64,000 bases of DNA from Mantamonas sphyraenae STR306 (lineage: Eukaryota > Protista > CRuMs), in NCBI GenBank assembly GCA_026936335.1, contig JAPMXV010000043.1, forward strand, positions 62,001 to 126,000, in the 5' to 3' direction. The position numbers and the translations under genes are program-made. This document shows, one piece after another, positions 18,631 through 32,400 of the stretch (positions within the stretch are counted from its first letter, which is position 1; each line of letters begins with the position of its first letter). Below the pieces are notes generated by a model. That model was given only the letters and a program-made list of their open reading frames with translations, was not told where the DNA came from and searched no databases.

Positions 18631-19742
18631 ATGTTGCGTCAAGAGGCCGACCCCCGAGAAGGTGATGATGAGCTGGTCCAAACAGGCCCCACACCAGCCT
18701 CTGGTCGTTTCCTCCCTGCCTTGATGTACTTTTCCATGCTGGTCTACTTGTACATGAAGCGCACGTCCACAGACGTCTTTTTCCTTGCCATGTTCCTTGG
18801 CTTGGTTTTCCTCGCCTCGTTGCATCTCGTTCGCTGGCTTCTTCACCGCTACCGCGTACGTCACTGGCGTATCCATCCACACGTTTTGTTTCATGTGTCT
18901 TACTTGTCCCGCTCGCTCACATTCCTTTTGCCTCGGCCTGCTGCCGCTTCCAGCGTCCTGAGCTTGCGTTGCCAACCACGCAAGATCGCCACGGACGCAG
19001 ACGTCGCAACCGCCATCGAGTCCCACAGTTGTTCTCCGGAATTGATCCAGCCATTCTCCGTCTCAGTATGATGGACCGTGACTTTAACGCAAACGGTATG
19101 ACTGCCTGCCCCTGGGTTTGTGAATTGTTCTTCCCCGGAGCTCCGGCCGTTTCCGTCCCACGACCTCCAGAACACATTCCCGTCCATCGTCCTTGCCAAC
19201 TGCTCGCCATGCGCCCCTGTGTCACCACCACCACCACCACAACCACCACCACCACCACCACCACACACCCAACAGTCCCCGTTGATCCCTTCCCCTCACA
19301 GACAACTGACGTGCACACCTCCCATTCCTTCCCGCCCCACCGTCGTACCCCAGATTACGAAATGCTCCTCGCCCTGGACGAAAACAACGCCGCCACCTCC
19401 ACCAAAGGCCTCACCCAACACCAAATCAACACCATGCCGTCATTCACCCTGTCTACGCGCGACATCCAACGCGAGCGCGAGTCGGACGGCAAACCCGCAG
19501 ATTCAAGCGTCAACATCGCACACAGTGTACATAGCACCGATGCAAAGGACAGCGAGTCCAACGCCTCGTCGCCCTCCATTGCTCCGGCTACCTCCACCCG
19601 CTCCTGCTCTATCTGCCTGGAGCCCTTTGTCGCCGGAGACAAACTCCGTGCCCTTCCCTGCCTCCATCGCTTCCACGTCACCTGTATCGACACATGGTTG
19701 CTAATGCAAGCGTCCTGTCCCGTGTGCAAGTGGGAGATGTGA
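18631..19742 (+). CDS. Membrane-anchored RING-H2 E3 ligase, SDIR1-like (introns 18856-18953, 19096-19353)
   Basis: Two N-terminal TM helices. Splicing restores [26 protein letters not shown]2 [27 protein letters not shown]. Confidence 0.85.
19223..19264. repeat. (CCA)n microsatellite in intron
   Basis: Near-perfect CAC/CCA run inside intron 2 of the RING-H2 gene. Confidence 0.85.
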
Positions 19743-19791
19743 GCGGCAGGCTACTTCCGGGCCCATGCAAAGAAACCCCCCCGCAAACTCC

Positions 19792-20802
19792 ATGACGTCC
19801 ACACATTCCATTTCTATTAACGGCACCGACGTCCCTGTCACTTCTGCCGACGATTCCTTTGACCTGGACGTCGTCCTTAATGGTACAGCTCGTTCCCTTT
19901 GCCATACTGCTGCCAGACACCTGCACTTTTGTTCACCCCACACACGTCTGCTCACCACCCACGGCCCTCCCTCCTTCAGCAACTGTGTTCAAGGACTGGG
20001 CTGCTAGTGTCGATCCAAAGCTCACCGTCTCTTCCATCCTCATCCAATCGCTGGACATGTTTGGCAAGCGTGTGGGGTTCATCAAGTTCAAGGCCGACGT
20101 TTGCGACTCGGATGGCCGTTTCGTGCCCGGCATTGTCTTCATGCGAGGAGGCGCCGTTGGCATTCTGGTCGTCCTCGACTGCAACGGCGAACTCTACACT
20201 CTGCTCACCGTGCAAGCTCGCTTTCCCACAGGCAAAGGCAACTTTGTTGAAATTCCCGCTGGTGAGTTCGGCCTCAATTCGCCCACCCGCCCAGCCCCTT
20301 CCTTGTCCAGTTCCGCCAAGGGCGGAAGTCCCATCCCGTTTGTCCACACCTCTCTGGGCACTCTTTCATGCACGTTCGCTCACTCGATGCACACACTACG
20401 TCTTCCTTCGCCACGTCCACACACCACCCAGGCATGCTCGACGGCGACGGCCACTTTGCAGGCGTTGCCGCCAAGGAAATGGAGGAAGAAACGGGCATTA
20501 TCATGGATGTCGACCAACTCCAGGACATGACTGCATTGGCATTTGGCGACAGCATGGACAAGGGTGTTTACACTTCTCCAGGCGGCTCCGACGAGTTTCT
20601 GCGCCTCTTTCACTTTCGACAAACCATTGAGCCCGAAGAGCTGGAAGAGCTCAAGGGAAAACTCACAGGCAACCTCTCAGAGCATGAGGCCATTACCCTC
20701 CACGTCCTTCCCCTCCAGGAAGCCTGGAAAGAGCTGTACGACGCAAAGAGCCTCGCCGCCCTTTACCTCTACGACAAGCTCAAGGATCAACTTTCCAATT
20801 GA
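19792..20802 (+). CDS. Nudix hydrolase, ADP-sugar pyrophosphatase type (introns 19883-19979, 20262-20431)
   Basis: GFIKFKADV, PGIVFMRGGAV, spliced Nudix box EIPAGMLD..AAKEMEEETG, YTSPGGSDE. Confidence 0.88.
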
Positions 20803-20916
20803 AGGGCAGTGTTCACTTCACCCAAATATCCAACATGCTTTTGTTTCCCCCATTCAGTCCTCGGCATGTCTTGCAAATCCCTGCTGACGCAAGAAATTTG
20901 GTCGCCACCTGTTGGC

Positions 20917-21849
20917 TCACACCGCCAAGGTGGCCACAAGCGACAGGTGGTCACTAGGATACTGTGCAGCAGGCAGATACGCCCTGTGGAGATCCTCCTG
21001 GCTGGGGAAATCCAGCACAGACACCACCCCGACCGCCTTGGAAACCCAGATGTAGTCGATACAGTGCGCCACCAGTTCCTTGCGCTTTTTGATCGTCGTC
21101 ACGTCGGGCTCTTGCCCTCCGTTGGCCTCTGCATACGCGCTTCGAAGGGCAAGCGCGTGCGACAGCTCCTTGCCACTTTCGCTTTGCGCCATGCCCTCGG
21201 CAAACAGCGTGTGTACAGGACTGCCCGGATCGTCATTGAAGTCTCCACACACAACCACCGCATCTGCTGCGCACTCCTGTGCAACCGCCTCTACGTGCTC
21301 CAGCAATCGTCCGCCTTGCTGCAGCCGACGCTCCTCAAACCCTTGCTTGGCCTTCAAGTGACAGCATGCAACCACCACCACCTTGTCCGATGCACTCAGT
21401 CGCAGACTACACACAAGACCGACCTGTGCTTCATCACTGCTGGCTCCCAGGTTCACCGCACGATACTCCTCCATAGCAAGCACCGATGTCCTGTAGAACA
21501 GCGCCGCGCCGTCACGATCTCCCTCGCCCTCCGCCACGTTCTTCATGCGAAACACCCCTTTGTAGCCATGCTCTCCCAGAACTTCCTCGAAAAATTCAAA
21601 GTGGTCCACTTCTTCCAAGCACACAATGTCCGCGTTGCTGCGCAGCACCTCTGCGACAAGCCGCGGCGCACGATATTCCCACGTCAGCACGGAGGCGTCC
21701 GTGTGAGGGAACGCTTGGCTTAGCATGTCTGCCAACGTGTTGAACTGCATCACTGTCAACACGCTCACATCTCCCTCGGCCGCCGATGCATCCACCACCG
21801 CCTTCTCACGCGCAAAAAGCATGTCTTCTTCTTCAGCCTCCTGCCCCAT
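20917..21849 (-). CDS. Nocturnin-like EEP phosphatase (CCR4/nocturnin family); probably the last exon of the upstream IQ gene
   Basis: MQFNTLA, LTWEYR, DIVCLEEVDH, HLKAK, CGDFN, CIDYIW, YPSDHLSL. Confidence 0.88.
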   Translation of the reverse strand: MGQEAEEEDMLFAREKAVVDASAAEGDVSVLTVMQFNTLADMLSQAFPHTDASVLTWEYRAPRLVAEVLRSNADIVCLEEVDHFEFFEEVLGEHGYKGVFRMKNVAEGEGDRDGAALFYRTSVLAMEEYRAVNLGASSDEAQVGLVCSLRLSASDKVVVVACCHLKAKQGFEERRLQQGGRLLEHVEAVAQECAADAVVVCGDFNDDPGSPVHTLFAEGMAQSESGKELSHALALRSAYAEANGGQEPDVTTIKKRKELVAHCIDYIWVSKAVGVVSVLDFPSQEDLHRAYLPAAQYPSDHLSLVATLAV

Positions 21850-21912
21850 CCCAGCAAGTGTCAGTGGAGATATTCAAGCATCCTCTTGTACATTCCCCTA
21901 TGCATGACTCAC

Positions 21913-23405
21913 CCTCTCTGCTGCCTGCTTGTTCGTTTTCAACGGACTGTTCTCACGGACGCGATGTCTGGGAACACCCCTCCTTTGGTGTTAGCCACTC
22001 CTTCCCCACTACCTTGCGCGTCCACATCCATCTCTGTCCCTCCACTTACCCTCGATACTGACTCTGGATCCGTGTGGCTGCCTCCTTCTGTTCCTGAAGC
22101 TCCTGGCGTGCCATCCGCCCGCGCTGCATTGCCTGGATCTTTGTAGCCGCCAGCTCCTCCTCTTCCTTTCCCGATCCTTCCCCTGTACTGTCCATGCGCA
22201 TTCCCTCGACTCGTTGCCTTGCCATGCGTCCACGTTGAACAGACTGGATGCGCACAGCTGCCGCCTCTGCCTCTGCATCAAACTCTTCCTCGCCTGCCAC
22301 CTCGCCACGGCTGCGCTTCACAGGGGAGTTCCTGCGTACCTGGTGGCCGCGGAACTGGCTCTGGATCCGTGTTGCTGCCTCCTTCTGTTCCTGAAGCTCC
22401 TGGCGTGCCATCCGTCCACGCTGCATTGCCTGGATCTTTGTAGCCGCCAGCTCCTCCTCCTCCTTTCCCGATCCTTCCCCTGTACTGTCCATGCGCATTC
22501 CCTCGACTCGTTGCCTTGCCATGCGTCCACGTTGAACAGACTGGATGCGCACAGCTGCCGCCTCTGCCTCTGCATCAAACTCTTCCTCGCCTGCCACCTC
22601 GCCACGGCTGCGCTTCACAGGGGAGTTCCTGCGTACCTGGTGGCCGCGGAACTGGCTCTGGATCCGTGTTGCTGCCTGCTTTTGTTCCTGAAGCTCGTGG
22701 CGTGCCATCCGCCCGCGCTGCATTGCCTGGATCTTTGTCGCCGCTTTTGCTTCTTCCAGGTCCATTTGTCGCAGATCCTTCTTTGCCTTCATCCCTCTTC
22801 GGGATTCTGCGTGTCGCCCAAAGTCACCTGCGCCCAGATCGTCGTCCACACTGTCCTCCGCCTCTTGTCCGCCCTGGCGGCCGCTCCCTCCGTAGAACGG
22901 TTCCTGCAAGTTGGCGACCAGCGCCTGTACAAAACGCCCCCCCGTAACACATCCACTCCATCGTGTCAGCTCAATTCACGTCGACACGCTCTGTCTCACT
23001 CACACGCACCCACACCTCCAACCCTCTTTGAGCCTCCGCACCCCATTCGTCTTGTACCAACCCGTGTCTGCTGCCGCCACAAAAAAAGACGTTGGCGCGA
23101 AACCACAATGCTTCCGCAGCACCTTTTTCCAACACCTACATCCCCACACAGCTCCTTCCCTTCCTCTTCCTCCCCCCACACACACTTACCAGCGGACTCT
23201 TCGTCCCCTTCTGTTTCATCTCTGCCAACCAGGTCTGCAGCGTACGACGCGGTTCTTCCGGACGCACAATCAACAGCGCACTCAGCAGCTCCTCAAACAG
23301 CCGCGTCACATCTTTCTGGGTCATAAACTCCTCTGCTTCCATCATCGTGCTGCTCACCACAGGGAACCCACGTCCATTGCGGCTCTTTGGTCTGGAGGAG
23401 GACAT
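21913..23405 (-). CDS. Dpy-30/RIIa-like D/D domain + 8 IQ motifs (exons 23405-23190, 22924-22050, 21967-21913)
   Basis: AEEFMTQKDVTRLFEELLSALLIVRPEEP. Eight IQxxxRGxxxR motifs, the last completed across an in-phase intron. Confidence 0.8.
22050..22745 (-). repeat. 297-bp tandem repeat (~2.3 copies), three IQ motifs per unit
   Basis: gcctggatctttg recurs at 22131, 22428 and 22725. Units are near-identical. Confidence 0.92.
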
Positions 23406-23457
23406 CGTTTTTGTTGGTTCAGCTCTGACTCGCTGCGCACGCTGGCCACACCACCGA

Positions 23458-26400
23458 TTACAACAGCGCCAACTCGCCCATGTCCATCATCTCCTTGCGC
23501 CATTCCACAAACTCCTTCACAAACAGCCACTCCATCAATTCATCAAACGCATCCGCTTGAGCCTCTTCCATAGAATCCAGCTGGTGCTGCTGCTCGGTGA
23601 GCATGCCAAAGTCCACCTCCTCCAGGTACTCATCTTCGTCGTCGTCAAAGAACCTGTGCAGGATTTCCATCGCCTCGTCGTACCTCTGCATGCCGCTCCA
23701 TCCTTCGAAACCGTCCCGATACGCAACCACCGCCTGGCAGAAGCTCACCGCACGCGCGCTGCGGCCAAACTCATCTGCGTGTGCACTCACAAACTTGCCC
23801 AGACGTCCCCGCAGCTTGTTGTCTGCCAACGACGTCGCCATACTCTCCAGTCGCGTCTCCAGTGACGGCCCATCCGTCAAGTTGCTCAGTGTGCTCTTGA
23901 AGCTCTCAAACGCAAAGTCGAATCGCTTGATGATCACTTGGTCAAACAAATGGTCAGTCACAACACCGTTGTTCAGCTTGGATAAGATTTCCACCACCAC
24001 GCCGTACTCGACATCCACGGGGTCGTCGCAATCCTCGTCCAGGTACTCCTCCACCACCTCATTCGCAATCTCTGCCAGACGGTCCCGCTCGTCGGGGTGC
24101 TCGTGTACTGCTTGCATGTACTTGTACATGCAAGCCCACAGCGCCTTTTCCGTCTGCGACACCTCTGCCGTACCACCAATCGTGCTCTGCACATGCTGCA
24201 CGTACTTTGCGCGCAGCGCAGGCTCGTGCATGAGCATCTCCAGGCTTTCCAGTGCATGTACCATGCTCTTCGGACCGCCTGTTGTGCTTGAGCGAATCAG
24301 GTTGCGCACAATCAGCGCCCGCGACGCCCTGCGTGCGTCTGCGTCGTTGGCCGCAAGCACCGTCATCCCCCTGCCACGCTTCGGCGCATTGGCTTCCTTT
24401 TCCGTATCAAACACCTTGAGCAACTTTTCGCGCTCCGCCATCTTCTCGTTGTGGATGCGCCTCTCCTCCAGCTGCTTTGCCAGGTTCGCCTCCATCTCCT
24501 GCACAATCTTCTTGCTGCGCGCCACACGGATAAACTCACGCACAATCACAAGACCAAACACAGACAGCGTACCCACGTTCAGCACAAGCAACACAAGGCT
24601 GATGAGGTAGTGGTCGCTCTCCGTCGTCTCCGAGCTGTAGAACATCAGACCCGTCATCAGCGTCAACGTCGTCGCTCCAAGACTCATCGTCTCCAGATGT
24701 GTCGCGTCAGCCTCTGCAAACGGCCGTGCGTACAGATGAAGCACAAGGGCCGCCATGCACATCCACAGACCGGCGTACAGCTGCGTCAGTGGCGCGCTGC
24801 GCCAGCGCACAATGATCGCCACCACCATCAGCTTGCGCGTCATAATCACAATCTCCCAGAAGTAACGCTTCTTGGAGTACCCGTCGTACAGGAAGCGGTA
24901 GCGTGCCATCACTGTAGGTTGGCGCAGCCGCTTGCGGTTCTTCATCAGGATGCCCAAACCCACAAGCAACACACCCATGCAGTATCCAAACACCATCAGG
25001 TAGCCCCATGTGTTCAGATAGTACAGGTACGTTTCGCTCGAACAGTCGATGCGCATGTCTGCTTCCAGGTAGCGTGCACCACCTTCCAGCTCGATGCAGT
25101 TGAAGATTTGGAACACTGCCTTGGACACCATCGGGTGGGCAATGAACAGCACCACCATCAGCGTCAGTGCGTACATGTTGCGCATTTGGTACCTCCACGC
25201 CTTGTCAAACGGCATCTTCTTGACCGATTCCATCGCCTTCTGGCCCTTCTCCATGCGTTCCTTCATCCTGTTCAGCAGCTGGTCGCGATCCATCTCGTTG
25301 TTCACGCGGAACACCTCACGCTCAATCTCAAGGTTCGGCCGCTTCACTTCAATCCCAAACAGCTTGGCAATGCGCGTGGCCCACAGGTACGTGCCGCCGT
25401 ACACCACCAACGGCACAAACACGGTAAACACAGGGAACATCATGTAGCCATTGAGCTGGTCAAAGTAGGTCCAGCCCGTCGCACAGTCGATGGGGTGCAG
25501 CTTCAGACTGAACAGCGCCAAGTTGCTTGTACTGAACAGACCCTGCGTCTCGCTCGCCCAATTCAGGCGGAACTCGCCAATGAACGCAAGCACCTGCATG
25601 TAGTTCAGCAAAATCTTCATCATGATCGACGCCTGCGACTTTTCGCCTGTAGCCGTGCGAATCAGGAACAGCAGCATGGCCGTGGCGGCGGTGAAGAACA
25701 GCACCACCAGCACCCAGTTGTCTGCGTTGTCACCACAAATCAGGCATTTTTCGCCAAACTTGCCGTAGCCGTCTTCACACACAGCACACAGAGGACCACG
25801 GTACCCAGTGTTGCACGTGCTGTTGGCACCACCTTTGCACGCATCCGGTTCAGGGCACGCGATGTACTGATCTGTTCCTGGGCGTACACCAAAGAAGCCC
25901 TTTTGGGCCTGGATTGTCTGACCCTGACGGCACTCGGCTCCAGGCGTGCACTTCAAGCACGTGCGCTGGTCATTGCGAATGCGCTCGTAGAACCCGTCAA
26001 TGCACTTGCACTCGCTCTGCGACGTCACCGCCACCTTGCCCTCTGTGTCCATCGACACGGGGCAAGCTGTGCACTCCACCTGGCCAATCAGCGATTGGTA
26101 GGTCTCTGTGGGACACTCCACGCACGTCAACGACGAGCCAAACTGGGCTGCGAGGAAATATCCTTTCTGGCACTTGCAGCCATAGCCAAGCTCATCCGAC
26201 ACCGTGTGTGCGTTGTCCACATTGCACTCATCCACAGTCACCGCATTCGGAATGGTCAGCGAGCCGATGTCCGGCACCGACGTGAACGAGTACGAAAACG
26301 AAAAGCCGTACTTTCCAACAAACTGGAAGCTGGAGAAGCGGATGACGCCGTTGCTGTCACTCGCCTGGCTGGTCCCCTGCAGCGAGCGCACCGATGGCGA

Positions 26401-29400
26401 AATGTCCAAAAGCATCACCACGCCCGTCTGGTTTGCCTCGTTGCCCAGGCGATCCAGCAGACGGAATGTCGGCGGCTCGGCCAGCGGGCCCGAGTTGTTG
26501 TACGAACGCGATCCGTTGGACAACACAATGAATGATGCAGGCGGCCCAGACATCACCCAGACAAGCACAGACACAGATCCAAACGATGTCGATTCAAACT
26601 GCAAGCCGTACGGTCCCTCGTACCCGGTCAAACGGATGTCGCCCACGCTTCCGAATCCGTTGCTTATAGTCAGCGAGTTGCTTGTGTTGACGACCACATT
26701 CTCCAGATTCACGAGTCCGTTGCGGTACACGCGCCCCGTGACCGGTACAAACAGCCCCGAGCTCGAGCCTTGCGCCGTGGCAGAAGACTCGACTCCGGGT
26801 ACCACGATGTTGGCCTGCATGCGCAGCGTATCTTGAGGCGCATCGGACACAAGACTGCGTCCGGCGTCAACAAACTGAAACTTGATGGGCGGGCTAACGA
26901 ACACGCCTCCATCGGCTGCGCCCGCGTACGTCACCGTCATCGTGCGGTTGCCGTCCACTACAAGCTGCTCTGCGCTACCTGTCGTCACGTTGAGCTCAAT
27001 CAACTCACTTTGAAGTCCAGATGAGACCAAACGCAACACATGCTGACCCACGCGCGGGCGCTCCATGAACAGGGTCAAGAAGCGCACCTTCCCCGCAAGA
27101 GAAAACTCGGTGGTCGTGCCGCCCCATCGCAGTGGCACAAACGAGTCTGTGCTTCGGTCATACGAAACCCACACTGGACACCAGCTCCACCTCCACACGG
27201 CGCTGCGCCGGATCTGCGATGCCCAGCGAGTTGCCACCGATGTCCACTGTCACCAGTGTAAGACCCGGCAAGTTGCTGCGCACCCCTGTCGTCATCCGAT
27301 ACTTGGTCCCGCCGGAAGAAACCAAGGCCACAGCCGGCCCGGTCGTGATCTGCACACGCGACAGCAAGTGACCAAGTCCGGGCGACGTGAAATTGAACCA
27401 ATACACGCCCACGCGCGGGCGCGCCAGCGTCAGACCCGTCACCGTCACGGTGCCGTTACGCAGCAGCAGGCTGTTTGGTACAGATGCCACCACGCTGCTG
27501 CTGTTCATGTTCACGCCCACGAGCGGACGCACGTTGGCACTGTCCACCGTGCCCACAAACACTCCGGCTGCATCCAACAGACGCACCTCAAAAGGCACCA
27601 CCGTCACCGGATCGGCACACGGGTACAGACGCTGATCCAGCCCAGCGGGCAGCGACATGCGCACAGGCGCACCCGTGGACACAAACACTCGCGTCTTGTC
27701 CAGAGCCACGCCGCTGAGACCACCCAGGCCCACAAACTCGAGCACAAACGGAGACGCGGCGCTGCTCGGGGCGTTCAACTGCAACGAGGAGAACGTCGCT
27801 TCGTTGCCGGTCACGTTCACGGTCTTGGTGCCCGTCAGCGGCACGGCTGGATCCGTGCGCACTTGCACCGACTGTCCGGCACCCAGCGATGTCAATCCGT
27901 CTCCTGCGTCACGCAGTTGCACACGGATCGTGTTCAGAGGCACCGTGAACGCAGACGGATGCGGTGTGGTCGTGTACGCCAACACAGTCAGCTTCACAGG
28001 CGCGCCCTGCACAATCGTCACGCTCACGCTAGTGTTGCTCAAACCTGCACTGGCAAACACAATGGTGTGCGAGCCCTGTGTAGGGCTGTGTGCAATCAAG
28101 CCGGTGACCACCACGCGGCCATTCACCATCTGGTGCACCAACGCGCCGCCAAGCGACAGCGTGGAACTGTACGCACGCACAGAGCGCACCTGGTTGTCCG
28201 AAGCGTTCACAGCAGCACCGCCGGCTTCGTACGCACCAATGGTGATGTTGCCCACAACCGTGTTGACTGCCGAGGCCAGTGACTGGACGCCGCCGTTCTC
28301 GACACGCTGCTCAATTGCCGCTCCCAGCGTCACATTGAACGTCACGCTGACATTGGCCAGACCAGGCGTGCCAAATGTCACCACATACAGACCCACAGGC
28401 GGGCGCGCAATGCTCATGTTGACTGCCTGTGCCACGCCGTTCTGCATCGACAGCGTCGCAGGCACGCTCATGCGGCTATCCGATGCCCACACGCTTACAG
28501 TGCGCGTGCTGGGCACATCGATGCCACCCACGGGGACACCGGCACTGTCCACAGCACGCACCTGGAACGATGGCAGCTGCAGGAGCACTTCCGACGGCTG
28601 TGCGGTGATGCCGCTCGTCACGGCGTTCAGGCTCACAGCGGGACCAATGCTGACAAACAACTCGACATCCACAGGCACCAGGCCTGTAGACGTGAAGCGC
28701 AGCGTGTACGTGTTTGCAGGCGGACTGTGCATGATGGTGTTGTCAAATGTCACGTTGCCGTTCACCATCGTCGCCTGTGTCTGGTTGAACAGCGGTGCGG
28801 TGGGCAACCCGGCTGTTCCGTTGCCGACTGCAACGGACACCACGCGTGCTGCATCCATGGTCACCATGTTGGAACCCACATCCAGCGAGCGAATGTTGAT
28901 GGGTGGGATCAGCGTGTTGGCCACCGTACGCACAGACGGCGTCGGCTGCCCGGGAAGGCGGTACAACGATGCGGGCGGTCCCGTGCTCACGGTCACAACC
29001 CGAGTCACACCCAAAGCGCCCGCACTGGTGAATGTCAACAGGTAGGCCCCCACACGCGGAGCGGCCAAGCCAAGACCGTCCAGGTTCACTTCTCCAGAAG
29101 CGCTGACCCCAACTGTCGTGCTGCCAACCAGTTTCTGGCTCGTATCGTTCAGGCTCACACTCACCACACGTCCGGTGTTGCCCAGCGTGGCCACACCCGA
29201 GCCTGCGTCCAACGTCGACAGACGCACGGTGCCAAACAGCGACGAAGACAACGACACCACGTTTGGCGTGGCCACATTGGCAGCACTCAGCTTGTATGTG
29301 CTGCCAGGCGTCACCGTCACTGCAATCGACGTGTTTGTCAGCCCAGCCGACGACACCGTCAGCGTGTACGTGCCACGCGGCGCAAACTTGATCGACAGAC

Positions 29401-32400
29401 CCGAGATCTGCACCTCGCCTGCGACCATGGACACGCTCGTGGTGCCGTTCAGCACGGCACCATTGTCAATGGACACCAACACGGGGCGTGTGCCGATATC
29501 CGACTCCGCCACAAAAGTGTTGCCTGCGTCGTACGCACGCACGTGCACAGTGGGCAGCGCCGCAAACTCCGCGCTTGCCACCGATGCAGTTGCCGACGCA
29601 GGCGACAGCACTGCCATCGTGACCGCAGGACCCACCTTGATGCGCACAATGACATCCACAGGCAACAGCCCTGCGCTGGTGAACTGCAACGTGTAGTTGC
29701 CCACAGACGGCGCCGTCAGCGTGATGTTGTCAAACACACCCTGCGAGGCGTTTACCAGAGCCACGCTCAGGTCGCCACCCAACACGCCGCTCTCGGCACC
29801 GCTCGTCTGTGCCACAGCAATGGTGCGCGAGTCTGCATAGGTGCTGGGCACAACGTTGTTGGCTGTGTCCAGCACACTCAACACCAGACCCGCATGCACG
29901 TTCACCTTGGCCACAGACGGCAGCGGGCCAATCACAGTCTCGGCGCTGGAGAGAGCGTACGGCACACCCGGAGTCACAACCAGGGTGCTCGTTGCGCTCA
30001 ACAGACCCGTCGACGAAAACGTAAGCACGTACGTCTGGTTGGCCGGTTTGTCCATGGTCAGACCAGCAAAGGACACCACGCCCTGGAACGATGTGCGTTG
30101 GACCAGGCCGCCCAAGGGTACACTCGTGGACACATTCACAGCCAGTTGACCCGCCGTCACAAGCGTACCACCGACGTCCAACACCTCCAAGTCCTTCTTG
30201 GGCACCTGGACAGTCACACGAGTCGGCAACACGGCTCCCGAGCCGCCCGTCACACGCAACGAGTATGGCGCACCCACTTGGATGGTTACATCCACGGTGG
30301 CGTTGGCCATGCCGCCAACGCCAAAGATCAGCGTGTAGGCGTCCGCCTTGGGGCGGTACAGGCTGATGTTGTGGAACACCACCGTGGCGCCCTGCATGAC
30401 AATGGTCGTCGTGCCCACAACTGTGGCCGCACTCGACGAGTTGACAGCAAACAGGCGTGCAATGGTGTTGACAGCGCGAGCGTCTTCCACCACCGTGTTG
30501 CCAGCATCCAGCAACGACATGCTCATGTTTGCAAGGCGCACCAGGTTCTCACTCGAATAGGGGCCCACTGTGGTGGGCGACATCACCAAGCTCACCGGAT
30601 TGCCACCCAAAACAGCCAGCTTCAGCGACGTGGACTGGAGGCCAGCCGTCGAAATTGTCATTGTGTAATTCTTCACCTGTGGCGAACTGAGCACAAGCTG
30701 CGACAGCACAACCGTGCCATTCACCATGTATCCCGTTGCTCCTGCACTCAGTCCACTGCCCGACGGCGACACGGTCACCACGACGGTTCGGTTGGCCGTG
30801 TCCGAGGTGCCCACAAAAAAGTTGCCCGTATCGAGCGCACGCACGTTCACACTCGGCAGGTTGTTGGTTGTGAATGTCTCCACCACCACTTCGGTGCTAC
30901 TGGTCACATCCAGCTTGGCTGCAGGACCCACAGTGATCTCCACCGTGCTCTGCAGTCCCGACAGCCCGGCCGAGGCGAAAGAAAGCACATACGTTCCCAC
31001 AGACGGGGCCACGAGCTGGATGGCGTTGAAATCCACGGTGCCTGCTGTCATTGTGGATGACAGAGTACCCTGCATGGTCAGAGCCGTGCCGTTCAGGCTG
31101 CTCACAACCACCGTACGCGAGCCGTCTGTGGCTCCGACAAACGTGCCGCCAATGTCGTACGCATCCACAACAATGCTCGTCAGGTTGACCAGACCCACTG
31201 AAGGGTGAGACTGCTGTGCGGCTGCGCGGAATCGCAGTTCGACAGGGCTGCCGATGTTGATTGTCAACACCGTGGTTGCATTGAGCACTGTCGACGACGT
31301 CAACGACAGCAGGTACGTGTCGGCCACGGGTTTGTTCAGTGTGATGATGGGCACTGTGCACACACCATTGCTGACTGTGCACCCGCTGGCACCTGCACCT
31401 CCCAGCACAAGGGAGCCGTTGGTCGACACGGCGATCTTGATGGCCGAACCAAATGTCACCGACGTCTGCGTGCCCGAGATGTCCAACACACGCACGCCGA
31501 TCTGGTTCACCGCCACGGTAGAAGACGACGCGTAGGTGCCTGTAACGCCCGGATTGAGTGCCAGTGAATACGGGACGCCAGATTGGATGGTGATGGCCAC
31601 GCTGACGCTCTCCGTACCGCCTGTCAGAGCCTTGTCCATGCTCAACGTGATGTTGTACACTCCGGGCACGGGCTTTACCAGCTGCAAGTCGCTGATTTGC
31701 AGCAGACCCGCGCTCATGTTCCCCACCAGGGTGCCGATCAGCACTCCGTTCGGGTTCGGGTTTCCACCGGGTTGGCTGGACAGAGACACGCTCACATTGC
31801 GCGTGCTGTTGTCCGTGCTCCCCACAAAGCTGTTGCTGATGTCGTACAGGCGCAGTTCAACCGCAGGGATGTTGACCAGAGCGGCCGTCGACAAGACGGC
31901 TGGGTTTGCGCTCGTGCGGCGCACCTCGTACGCAGGACCAATCACCACAGTCAGATTGGTGTGCACCTCCACCAGCAGGTTGTTTGTGGAGAACTGCAGG
32001 CGGTACAGATCAGCCGGCGGCGAGCGGAGCTCGAGGTTGCTAAACGTGGCCAGACCGCCCACAAGGTTCACGGTCTTGGTACCTGCCAGGTACAGCGAAG
32101 TCACATCGGTCAACGTACTGCCGCGCAGCAGACGCACCGTGGCTGTCTGTGTCGCCGTGTCGTTGGCGAGCAGGATCTCGCGCTGGTGGTTCAGCGTGCG
32201 CAGCTGCAGCGTCGGGATAGCCGTGCTGGCGACACTGGGTTGCGAAGGCCATGCCGACAGGTCATTCACAAAGTCCAGAAACTCGGGCGTGTCCGTGTAA
32301 ATACCGTGCACCTCGAATTCGTACAGCCAGGCACCGTCCGTTGTGGTACCAAACTGGCCCATCACGCCTTCGGTGTTGTTGAACCGGATGCGGAAGTGCG

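Noticed and set aside
22050-22745. Long repeats as a CRISPR array or mobile repeat
   Set aside because: In-frame coding tandem duplication with no unique spacers.
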